From Adineta vaga (taxonomy: Eukaryota; Animalia; Rotifera), in the NCBI GenBank assembly GCA_021613535.1, contig CP075493.1, positions 7,998,001 through 8,062,000 of the forward strand: DNA of 64,000 bases. The letters are read 5' to 3'. A program made the position numbers and the translations under genes. The notes beneath the pieces were generated by a model that searched no databases, was not told the DNA's origin, and worked only from the letters and a program-made list of their open reading frames with translations. The stretch's first letter is position 1, and every line of letters begins with the position of its first letter. Below are positions 39,696-51,771 of this stretch, one piece after another.

Positions 39696-41420
39696 TCACT
39701 CGTTTATATCCTTTGTATAGTCATTTCATAGAGATTATGTCGTTTTCACATTTATAGTTACTTGTTCAAGTGCACTACTTAACAAGTGAAATCGATGATG
39801 TTCATCAATTTCAAGCAGATTTAATTTATATTCATTTTGAATCGATTCTAATTGTTTATGTTCGTCACCATGTGAAACAATTGTCAATGAACAACCATAA
39901 GCACCAAAACGACCAGCACGACCAATACGATGTAAATATGTTTCATGATCATTCGGTAAATCCATTGAAATAACAAAATCAACATAATCTAAATCGATAC
40001 CACGTGAAGTTAAATCTGTTGTAACTAATATTTGACATTTATGTTTATACATATCACGCATAGCTTTTGTTCGACGATTTTGTGTCAATGAACTTGATGT
40101 ATAAGTTGTCTCATAACCTAATGTTTTTATTCGTTCACAAACAGCAGATGAACGCATACGTAGATTAGAAAAAATAACACATTGACGAAATTTCAATTGT
40201 GGTAATAAGCGTAATAGAAGTAAAACTTTCTGTTCAAATAGATGTGATTCTAACGGATGATATGGAATGATAATGTAAAATTGTTGAATACCAATTAAAC
40301 TTGGTGATTCAGAATCGACGATACGTACACATGTTACATCACGCATATATCGTTCAGAAAAACGTACAATATGTTCGGGATATGTCGCAGATGCTAGTAA
40401 AACTTGTTTATTCGATGGCATATAAGAAAATATCGAATTTATTTGTTCCTAAATTGATATATAAAACATTCTCGTTTGACACAAAGATTTCTGAACGTTA
40501 GAAACATGATTTTTATTCAATCTTAGAATCTTTTTTAGTTTATATGTAACATTGAAAAGCTAATATCATTTGAGAAAATAGAAATAGTCCATATTCATAA
40601 TCGTTTGTTTCAAAGATCGTCCTAGATTTCAAATGCTTTCAATGAATTCAAGATGCTCATGAAATAAATACAACAATGTTTTCTAAACTATTTTCAATTG
40701 AAACGCACGAATATAAAGCGTTTAAAGTCTATGGTTAAAAGAGTTTTTAATTATTTAAAACGTATTTTTTCCACGGAAGACTATTCAGAGTATGTAAACA
40801 AGTTGTTTTCAATACTTGTAGTTTGTCTTTCATCGTAAACTGTCATTTCATTGAAAGAAAACTTTATTCTCCTCTTTTCTTACTTGAAATTCTTTGCATA
40901 ATAAAACATCTGCTTCATCTAAAACAAGTAATCGAATTGTATCAGCTCGAAGGTATTTTAAACGAAGTAATTCTTCGATTCGTCCGGGTGTTCCAACAGC
41001 AATATGACATTTTCTCAAATGATTTTGATCATCTTTTAATGATGTTCCACCAATAAACGTATGTACAAGACATTCAGGTTGTTTTACTGTTTTAACGACT
41101 TGAACGATTTGTTGAGCTATTTCACGTGTTGGTGCAAGCATGATTACTTTCGTTGCTATCGTTGACAAATCTTCCTCGATAGGTTGAACAAATTCTAAAG
41201 CAGTTATACTAAAAACTAGAGTTTTACCAGTGCCAGATTTCGCTTGAATAAGAAGATCAACACCGAGTAATGCTAATGGTAAAGCTTGTAATTGAATTGG
41301 CGAGGGTTTACTAAAACCTGCTTTTTCCAAGGAACGAATTGTAAGTTCAGAAATGGCCAAATCGGCGAAAGTAACATTCTCGTCGGTTTTAACATCATTT
41401 GTTAAACCTCTTTCAGCCAT
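39696..41420 (-). CDS. DDX20: DEAD-box RNA helicase DDX20/Gemin3-like (helicase core only)
   Basis: Q motif GFSKPSPIQ, QAKSGTGKT, PTREIA, GTPGR, DEAD, SAT, TDLTSRGID, YLHRIGRAGRFG. ~420-nt intron ~40872-40450. A probable 51-nt last intron gives ...LEQ|DINE* (stop 39698-39696); the unspliced stop is at 39735. Confidence 0.88.
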
Positions 41421-41669
41421 TGAACTAGAAGAGAAAACAGAAAGCCTGAAAGAAAATGACTGTCACGGCACGGTACAACTACAGTTTCACGACAACCCTC
41501 TTCCTCTTTATTTTATTATATACATTTATTTAACAGAACAGGAAAAGGATTCTATTGGTGCATCATTTAGCCAGTACATAATGAAAAGAGACATAGAGAG
41601 AGAGAGAAACAGATGTCATAAGAGAACAGAACTTTATTTACAAAAAAATGACATACATATATAAGATAA

Positions 41670-41976
41670 TTATTGAACAGGATAAATAGATCTAATCTGT
41701 AATACTATATTTTTTAATGATTTATCATCAAAATCTTGACACCATACAAATTCTTCTAGATAGATAGGAAGTAAAGATCTATACATTTCACCTTGCTTTT
41801 TTATTTACGCTTTACTCTCATCCAAGTATTTTCAATATGTTGTGTGTGCACACCAATTACTGGATCAACAAAAAGTCTAGAGTGATTAACTGAAGCAAAT
41901 GTACAATCGGGATTATTTCTCAATGAACCATATGCCTTCCACTCATCGAAATGAATTGTTGAACCTATAACATATC
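41670..41976 (-). mobile_element. Decayed Merlin / IS1595(ISXO2)-like DDE transposase fragment
   Basis: GSTIHFDEWKAYGSL..SVNHSRLFVDPVIGVHTQHIENTWMRVKRK*, then after a frameshift LLPIYLEEFVWCQDF..IRSIYPVQ*. In-frame stop plus frameshift, N-terminal half missing. Confidence 0.85.
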
Positions 41977-42481
41977 TACTGTTGTTGTTAATTGATGAAG
42001 CTTTTTTATAGTCAATTTAGCAATATTGTCAACATTTATATCATTAATATTCATGATATTTTTATATTTTCTTTAGACATTTGGAGAAAGATTATAACTT
42101 TATATATGGTTTCTTTATTGCGACAGATTTTGTTCATATTATAATTAGATAATCTTATTTCTTTTTGTTTTAATTAAAATAAACTACTATGGAAGTGCTA
42201 TGGCGTTGTGTGATCTCTTTCATTTCTTTACAAGAGAAACTGAAACCAGATTATTCACTTCTATTACTTAATATCATATTTATTGCGTTTGTTCCTTATG
42301 ATATCTGTTTCTCTCACTGTCTCTTTTCATTAAGTGTTGACTAAGTGATACATCAAACCAATAGCATTTTTTTCCTGTTGTGTTATCTTAAATGTATATA
42401 ACAAAGAGAGCAGTCGTTAAACTGTAGTTATATCAAATCATATAAGCAAATATAGCATAGCGTATCAAGAAAAGCAATGTC

Positions 42482-45400
42482 TTAGTCAATAACGATCACA
42501 TTATTGGCAGAAGATGATTTCGATTCCGAAGATGTAATTGCATTGTTATTTCGATCAACTTGTGGAAATGTCGGTCGAGTCTTTATTTGTTGAGATGATT
42601 TTGTTACAACAGAATTCATTGTTTGTAAATCTAAATCAAGAGAAAATATTCAAGTGTTTCTTTCGAAATTTCTTGGGTTTCAAGCGTGCAACACAATTAT
42701 CGAAACCTAATTGGCAAAGTTTTCTCGTCGATTCTTACTTGTCGATTCCTTTGTGTTATTAGTACTTTTTTTGGTTGATTTAGTAGTCGATTGTCTACGT
42801 GGTACTAAATAGGAAAAAAAGTAAATTTCTTCATTCTAGTGAATATTGTATTAACTTTTTAAGAATCGTTGTGTATTATCAATGGGCATGATCAAGTTTT
42901 CAATATTTGTTCGTGTAAACGGTGAATCATCACTGGTTACTGACGAATGTAATAATGCGAAAACTGATTGATCATTTTTTGTCATTCCGACTGATGATAA
43001 AATAAAAGTATGTTGATTACTCCTTCGTAAATTATGTTCAGATGTATACTGTTCAATTTGTTTCACATTTATATCATGTTTATTAGTTAATTTTAACGCA
43101 CTCATTATCATACTGAAATTATCAGTTAATACTGTAGAATTGATTACATTATTAGGTAATGCACAGATCAGATCAAATGAATCCCTAGAAAGACTTCAAA
43201 CCAAATTTGAATATTCAACGGCAAAAGATAGAAACTTGAATACAAAGAATCGATCAAGAATATTTAACTCACTTGTTGTCTTCCATAGAAACAACATTGT
43301 TGACAACTGTTTTTAGACATCTTGCTACTTCTTCAATAATACTTGATGCAGTTAATTTAAGTTTAAACTTTCGTCGTTTCATTAATCCATGTGTATGACA
43401 CATTTGTCGAATCGTATGTTCTCGACAGATATTGTATTCTAATGTCAATGCATGAAGACATGGAGGATGTCGAATTGAAAAACAACGTCGATGTTTCATA
43501 AGAACATATGCTGGCGTTTGTCTTTCTTTATTTAATAAACGTTTTGTGACAGTTGCTAATGATGATGATGGTTTAAAAATTTTATTATTTTTTTCCGATA
43601 AAATAACAATATCCTCGTCATCGTCTTTCTGTTGTTTAACAGTTTTTCTTTTTGGTCCTCTTCGTTTAGGTTTATTAACTTGTGGTGTTGTCGGATTTTG
43701 TTCATTGGTTGCACTTACTGGTGATGGTAACCGTGATGGCGGCACCAGTACCGGTGATGGCGGTGACGGTACTGGTGCTGTTGATGTGTCCATGCATAGT
43801 GCCAATGATCCATCTGCACAACGAGTAAGATAAAGTAAGTCGACATCTTTGGGATCAATATCGTTATGGTAAAGATTAAGTTGATGCATTTCATGAACAT
43901 GTAGATATAGACTATGATGTGTATAAGTATAAAATGAGCAATGAGGACAGAAGAACATATGAGTAAAAATATGTTGAAGGATTATTGTACTAAATAGTAA
44001 GCGGAAAAAGAAAGAAATTCTTTGCTAAATAAATGATCAATGAACTGACCTTGAAGTACTTTTGAATTTACAAATATTACATCGATAACATTTGGAATCG
44101 TAAAATGCCGATAAGATGCCAGTACCATTGAGTGGTTCACGACGAATTTCTAGTTTAGCTGTGTGATTCAAGATTGAAACAGGAGATGGTGGCCGAAACC
44201 GCGCTTGAAAGACGGATTCTGTTTGATAATGAGCTGATAATTGAAGTGGTGACTGTACTGATGGTGGTGTTGGTGGCGGTGGCGGTGGTGGTGACTAATA
44301 TAAATATATTTTCGTTATTAAAAGTACTTTTCTTTAATTCGACTGTGTTCTTTTTCTCTAATGAATTATAAATTTTCTTTATTCTATAAATATTTTTTCC
44401 CAATTCATATGATTTACAGTTGAATTCATTAGTTCAAAAGTAAACCGATATATATGAATTTTGAATATTATTTTATAGACACTTAGAAAGTTCAAACATA
44501 GAACATATTCTAAGCGCTAAGATGTTTACATGATAAATCTATTAAATGCTAGTTGTGATTAATTAATTTCATAATTATTGAGATATGATTATACAATTGT
44601 CAAAATTCTTGGTAGCTTATATTTTATCTATCGTGAAATGTTGATATTACTCTTCGAAAGAAAATTATCTGATTGATTTAACTTGAATTTTGTACTCGCG
44701 GTATGTTCGTTTCATCCGAAGCAAAGCAAATATCACGTGAAGGATGTATATACCTTTTAGTCCGTCTATGTAACGATTGATTCGCCTGACTGATTCATAA
44801 TAAAATAGTCAAGGATCAAACAAATCGCATCATCATCATAAACAATCATACAATTTTCGTAATTGTAGATAGAATTTTGAAAAAAATGTAAATTTTCGAC
44901 TTACTGAATGTGAATAGGGTATTCGAGTAGATTTTCCTGGTTGAACACGTTGTGCCATAGGACGCATAATTGATGATGTCGGTGTAGGTAGTGGTAATGA
45001 TAATGGTGACGGTGATGAATTCGAATGGAATGGTGTACTTTTAAATTTTCTCGGAGATGAATGCATATATGTATCATTTTGATGCATCATTGGAACTGAA
45101 TCGCAATGATCTAAATGATGCTTTGTTACGTTCATAATAGTAGGTGGTGATCGTGGTGGGAATGATGCTCGTGAATGTGTATGAATAGAATTTGAATATA
45201 TTCTTGAAGATGTTTCAGGTTTGCTGGCCCAATCGAATGCTAGAAATGAATGAGATTCAGGTTCTCGATGATAGTATTCATTTGGATGAAATATTCCTGA
45301 GACAGGTTCGTAATTGACTGCATTGTATGTAGTTGGTAGTTGATGATAGTTATTATATCTTTGTCTTTTTGACCAATCGACTAATGATGGATTAATATGA

Positions 45401-45552
45401 ACATTTGCACTGGAAAATCTTCGTTTTTTACGTGTATAATGATCATCATACATTGGTGGTATCGAGTTTATGTGTGACATTTGTGGTTCAGGTTCAGTAT
45501 CATCATCTTCCTCTGCTAAATAAAGTATGGGTGGTGAATACGAAGATTCCAT
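42482..45552 (-). CDS. C2H2 zinc-finger nuclear protein, Pro/Ser-rich, multi-exon
   Basis: YRCNICKFKSTS|STIILQHIFTH and FFCPHCSFYTYTHHSLYLHVHEMH fingers, NLS-like RKKRR and KPKRRGPKRK. Last exon ends ...NNVIVID* (TAA 42484-42482). Confidence 0.8.
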
Positions 45553-46513
45553 AATGAATATAAGGCGTAGGTACTTCGTACGTACGTTCTTTCTTGTGAA
45601 TGTGTGTGTGTAGACAAGACAAGTGAAATAACAAGCAAAACTAAAACCAATGAAAACTTTATTTTATGAGCGCTACTAACGTGTTTTAATTTCTACAACT
45701 TGTAGCGGTAGAAAACAAATTATTTGATTGGTTGACGGAAAAAAACATACTTCAAACGACAAGACGTTTGTTTATATTTTTATGTTCGTAAAAGCCTATT
45801 GCAATTTGCAACTTTAATGATGAATAGGAACAAATTTTCATATTTTGAATATAAATGATCCACATGATTCATTTTTTCATACATATATTACTGTTTAAAT
45901 AACTTGCATAAATTTTCATTCAACTTCAATGTAAAATTAAAAAACTAATTGAAAAACAAACAGGAATCAAAAATATATTTAGGATAGATGTCTTTCATGT
46001 GATATCTTTCTGATGACCAGCACTAAAAAATTATTAGATTAGATACGTTCGAAAAAGTCGTCAAATTGCTACTTCGCATCAAATATGTCATGAATATTTT
46101 TCATTTTAAGCCGCTTATGAATTTTTGCATATATAGTTCATTGAATGAATTCAATTATTCACGCAGCAGATGTTTCTCTTATTTTCGCAAGAGTAACCTG
46201 TCGTTCTTTTTCGCTCAGCAGGAATGTAAAGTTTCCTTTTTCTTCGCACATTTATTTAGCACGTCTATTCTTCTCGTCACACACTTCAATATTCGATTGT
46301 TAGCGTTGTATTCCTTCTGATTTCGTTTCCTCTTTTCTTTTCCACCCAATGTACACGAGCGCGCGCGCGTCTTTCCTATCGAATTTTCTTCGAGTGAACA
46401 TAGCAGGCGAGAAAAGAAGAGAAAAAGAACGAACGACCGACCGGACGAGCGAACGTTCATTGTTCTCTTTCGCCAACGTACAAATTGACTAGCATTGGGA
46501 CATTTGATTTGGA

Positions 46514-48571
46514 ATGATCACGAAACGGTAAGAAATTTAATTGATATTTTTAGGATTTTTGAGGAAACGAAATCAATGTTTTTCCTTAGACAAAGTTGCA
46601 GTCGAAGTAGTTTTACTGACGACGAACTCGATTGCAATGAAAATTTACCAATTATCCGAAAAATTTCAACATTTAGGAAAAAATCCTATAAAAAATGGAC
46701 AAAAGAAGAGGTAGAAAGGGAGTCATTATTTTTCTTTGCTTTAACTCTTTTATATAATAGGATGAGCGTCTGCGAGAATTTATTCACTCTGATGATGATT
46801 TTATTGATTGGTCGAATATATCGAAATATGTGGGCAATGGTCGTACGGATGCTCAATGTCAACATCGTTGGGAACGATTTCTTGACCCTTCGATAACAAA
46901 AGGACCGTGGACGGATGAAGAAGATAGAAAAGTAATCGAACTCGTACGTGATTATGGTGCAAGACATTGGAGTTTAATTGCAAAAGAATTAAAAGGACGT
47001 GTTGGAAAACAATGCCGTGAAAGGTTTGTATTGTAAAACTTATTATTCCATTCTTTTTTTTAACGATTCTGTTCTTTCTCCAGATGGCATAATCACCTCA
47101 ATCCATTGATTAATAAAAATCCTTGGACTAATGAAGAAAACCTTCGATTATTTATCTTACACCAACATCTAGGAAATAAATGGGCTGAAATCGCCAAACA
47201 TTTCAATGGAAGATCAGATAATTCAATAAAAAATCATTGGAATTCTTCAATGAAAAAGAAGTATTATTTAGAAGTGGAAAATCTGAAAAAACAAGGCCTC
47301 GATTGGACAGCATTGTAAGAGAAATCTATTCAAATATGAAAATTTTATTTTTTTCAAACAATAGAATTCCATCTGATTTTCCATGGCCAAAACTTGATCA
47401 AATAATTTCAGCTAACGCGAATCAACCATCTCGAATTCCACTAGGTACAATAACAAATCGCTCATCACAAATACATTCTACAAATACGAAAATGCTTACC
47501 ACAGAAAATATACTACCATCACTAGCTACAATTAAAACAGAAGATCAATCACCCATTGTGAACAGTAATACTGATCATCAGTATCAGATCTTTTCAACTG
47601 GAAATGATTATGATGCTGCAGTAACACAGAATACATCAACAATCTATTCTAATCTATTGCAGGTAAATTCATATTGATATTTTTTCAAATAATCCGTCTC
47701 TTCTTTCGTCGATAATTCTCTACTGTATTAATTTGATTCTATAGCCTCCATCTTCTTGTCAAACTTCAACTGATTTTCTATTACATCCATCATCACAAGA
47801 TCTCGAACATTTATTTTACTATACATCTCCATCACCGATTAAACAATTACCAATGCTTTCATCTTCTGCTAATTATACATCTTCATCAAGTCAACATTCA
47901 CAATCTGATGAATATCATCAACATCAACATCAACTACTATTTCATTCTCAATCATCGATTGATTATTATTCATTACATTCATCGTCGAAATCGTCATCAT
48001 TACCCGTATTTACTTGTTCATCAATATCAGCAGATACAAATTTTTTGACCACTGATGATGCATATGTTATAAAATATAATGAAAATATCATTGTTTCACC
48101 AACGAATGCATCTAGTGTTTCATCTCCTTCGAAATATCATATCCTTAATACACCAGAACGGGTATGATGATTGACTAATAGTACGTATTTGAATTGAACT
48201 TCTCTTCATTCTTTAGCCACATTTAATTTGTCTTACGCCAAGTCCAAAACGAGATTGTTTCAAGTAAACTAACATTCATCAATTATTTCTAATCAATCAA
48301 ATTTTCTTCTAGTGAATATCTTCCTGATTCACTTATGTGTGAGAGTTCTTCATCCATAAGTTTAAATAAATATGATCTACCCAAAATTGTACAAGAAAAA
48401 ACTGGCGTAAGAGACAAGAATATTTTCTCTGATAATCTTCATATCTTTCTCCTATCTCTTTAGTACAATCCAACATATACAGAAATCTTACTTGGACAAA
48501 CACGTGATCAACGTTTTGTAACTGAACAAGCTCGTCGTTATCTTTCCTGTTCATCATTGAATAATTCTTAG
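46514..48571 (+). CDS. MYB: Three-repeat (R1R2R3) Myb transcription factor, B-Myb/MYBL2-like, with C-terminal MuvB-binding motif
   Basis: KKWTKEE|DERL..RTDAQCQHRW, KGPWTDEED..GRVGKQCRER|WHNHLNP, WAEIAK..GRSDNSIKNHWNS. Last exon YNPTYTEILLGQTRDQRFVTEQARRYL*. Confidence 0.93.
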
Positions 48572-49259
48572 GATAATTTCTTTTCACCATTTCAGCATAG
48601 TTCAATTCTTTTAGTCGAATGTGGTTCGAAGAACACGCTATGAAGAAAACGACATTTGCATCAGGTTTATACAGTTGATTATTCTGTATATAAATCTATA
48701 CATGTTCAAAAACAAAATTCGCATTTATTTATTGTTAGAGATAATCCGTTTTTATTTACATCTTTGTATATATTTCTTTCTTTTTGTGTATGTGTATTCA
48801 AAGAAAAAAAAACGATTATGCTTGTCGATTCAAGCGAGGAATATATTTCCAGAAGAAAACAAAAAACGTCGTAATTTTTATCTAAATCTTGTTTGATTAT
48901 ATTGAACAGCTTAGATAAGCATTATCAGCATGTGAAGATAGAAATTAAGTTGGAAATGAATCAAAACGTTGTTCAAATCATTATCGTAGATCATCTATAT
49001 AGGCAAACAATAGCGACATCTTTGTATTGTACTCATTGTTTAGTCGATTTCTCGACCATCTAGAGATCAGCAGTTATCTGACTGAATGAGTGAGTGTGTG
49101 TCTGTAATTAATAATTGATATTTATCTAAAAGATCACAAGTCGATTCTATTGTTAAGGTCTTTTCATTTGATGTAACATCAAAGTTTCGAGAAAAATTGA
49201 ATTAATTCAATTATTTCTCGATGTCAGAAATAGATCTCATTGATTGACATTTTGCATCT

Positions 49260-49272
49260 TCACGTGACGTGA
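49260..49272 (+). promoter_or_regulatory. Overlapping E-box/CRE-like element TCACGTGACGTGA upstream of PMVK
   Basis: Palindromic TCACGTGA (bHLH-Zip: SREBP/USF/TFEB-type) ~50 nt before the PMVK ATG. Confidence 0.4.
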
Positions 49273-49318
49273 TATTTATGTTTTTGTTTTCAAAAAAGAT
49301 TGTTTTAGATCAATTAAT

Positions 49319-49962
49319 ATGAATACATCATTTGATAATTTAAAATATTCACATGTAAAAAAGATCATTCTTCTTTCTGGTAAACGAAAATGTGGCAAAG
49401 ATTATATTGGAGAAAAACTAGCTGAAAAACTTCAAGCAGTATTATTACATCTAAGTGAACCATTGAAATTAGAATATGCACGAATAAATGAAATAAATGG
49501 TGAAGAATTGTTAAATTCATCATCGTATAAAGAAAATTATCGAAAAGATATGATCAAGTAGATAAAATTTGAATGTTTCTCTTGTTAGTATCTATTCATT
49601 TTAATTTTAGATGGGGTGAAGAGAAACGTCGTGCTGATCCATCGATATTTTGTCGTTTGGCTATTGAACAAAAAGATGAAATATGTTTGAAAAACCCAAT
49701 TTGGATTATTTGCGATATTCGACGTTATACCGATGTTGATTTTTTTCAAAAATATTTCTCTAAACATGTACTACTTGTCCGTATTGAAGCATCGATTGAG
49801 ACACGTCAAACACGAGGATGGATATTTACACCAAATATTGATGATTCCGAATCGGAATGTCAACTTGATGACAATATTCTCTGGTCTTTCATATTTTCTA
49901 ATAATAATTCAGATAATTTCGAAGAACAAATGAATAAACTTATTCAATTGATTCATTCGTAG
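49319..49962 (+). CDS. PMVK: Animal-type phosphomevalonate kinase (2 exons)
   Basis: IILLSGKRKCGKDY, LSEPLKLEYA, YKENYRKDMIK|WGEEKRRADPSIFCR, WIICDIRR, RGWIFTPNIDDSESECQLD. Confidence 0.96.
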
Positions 49963-50015
49963 ATAATGATTTAATAATGTGATAATATTCGTTTCTTTTG
50001 TCTTTCAGATTATGT

Positions 50016-51771
50016 ATGGCTAATTTGGCAGATATTGAAATTGAACCTACAAATGAATCGAGCTTGGCGTCAGAAAATGATGAAATACTTGATCCTCGAG
50101 TTCAGGTTTTAATAAAAAGAAACTTCATTTTACTAATCATCTCATCGATTTTCAATTCTCATTTAGATTGAATTAGAACGTTTAAATCATGCAAATGAAG
50201 CAATCAATCATTTAGAGTTGCAACTTGATGTATATATATGTTTCTAAAATAGATTTTCTTCTCTTCATCATTGCATTGATTCTTTAGGAAGCTCGAAGAA
50301 CTCTGAAAGAGTTTTGTGATATTGGCGAAGAAGAATTATCTCGATTAGAGAAAAGTATTGGATCAGCTGTAGGTAAAGCACGAAATTATTATGATGCTCG
50401 AATCAAACTTCGAGATGCACGTGAAGCATTAACAAAAGCTAAGCATCGATTTGAACGTGCTCAAGCTTTACATGTTGCAGCAAAAGAATTAGCAGTTGTT
50501 TCGGTAGGAATTTTCATTTATTTTTCTTAGTTTCGAAATGATTTAACTATCTTTTAGGCTGATTATATCGATGAAGCTGAAAAATCTAATCAAAATGCTG
50601 CTACCTGGAATGAAACCTATGGACAAGCAATTGCTAAAGTATGTTTTGAATATGATGAAGAGAAAAAAGAACCAAAATGACGTCTGTCGATTAGGCTGCT
50701 GATGCTGAACGAGAAAAATATCAAGCTGATCTAGATCAACAATATGCCGATGCAGCGTATGCTGACGTTGAAAAACAAGTAGAAAAATTACAGAAAGAGT
50801 ATCGACGAGCGATCAATAAATCACAGTAAAATTGCAGAAGGAAATGTTTTTCGATTGAATAACTTTGTTTTCGTTATCTTATAGACCTTATTATGAAAAA
50901 AAAGCTGAATATCATAAAGAATTAGATGTAAGACTATTGTGTAGATTCTACTTTTCACTAAACACGTTAATACATTTTTAGTTTCAGAAACGTAAAGTTT
51001 TTGGACTTGAGAATTGTGTCAATGAAGCAAAAGCTCAATATCAAGAATCATTGCGTAATCTTGAAAAAATCAGTAATGAAATTCACGCACAACGAAAGCA
51101 AGGAAAATTACGACGAGAATTAGGTGAACGAACAGCTGGTGTAGGTGAAGAACAAATTACATATACAGAATTTGTAAGAACTTCTTTCGAAGAATCAATT
51201 ATGAATTAAGTTTTTATACATCATCTAGGAACAATTACCACCATCACCAGTGAAACGAAGTCCTTCACCATCTCCTTCACCTAAAATTCCTACTTTAAAA
51301 CGATTAAATCGTCCAGAACAATTACTTCGTTCATGTTTACTTCGAACAGAAGCGTTACCAGCTGGAATTTTTGCTAATACAAGTGGACGATCATCACCCG
51401 AAGGTGATGAAACAACACCAACAAATTTCAATGATCAATTTCTTCTCAATCCTAAACCACAACAACCACCACCACCTATCGTCGTAATCAATTCAAATAA
51501 ACAAACAAACAACATGACACAGAATGTTCATCAAAGAAAGTCAAGTGATGGTTATTCATCACAAATTACCGATGATGAAGATGATAAAACTAGTTCACTT
51601 CATGTCCTAACAGATGAACAACTTGAACATTTAGCTTGTGTCTATCATCCCCTACCTCAAATACCAACATCATCATCTCAGACAGGTACGACTAGAACAT
51701 CGTCTACTCAAATGTCAGAATCCTTATTACATTCACTAAGCAATCCTCTTTCGAAACTTGTTCTACGTTAA
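50016..51771 (+). CDS. SH3BP5: SH3 domain-binding protein 5 (Sab/Parcas-like Rab11 GEF), multi-exon
   Basis: LDPRVQ|IELERLNHANEAINHLELQLD|EARR, KARNYYDAR, AINKS|PYYEKK, AKAQYQESLRNLEKISNEIHAQR, LGERTAGVGEE. Confidence 0.92.

Noticed and set aside
48217-48267. Apparent Myb stop at 48265-48267 (..RDCFK*), implying loss of the MuvB-binding domain
   Set aside because: The TAA lies in a GTAAAC donor. Two further in-phase exons lead to GQTRDQRFVTEQARRYL and a stop at 48571.
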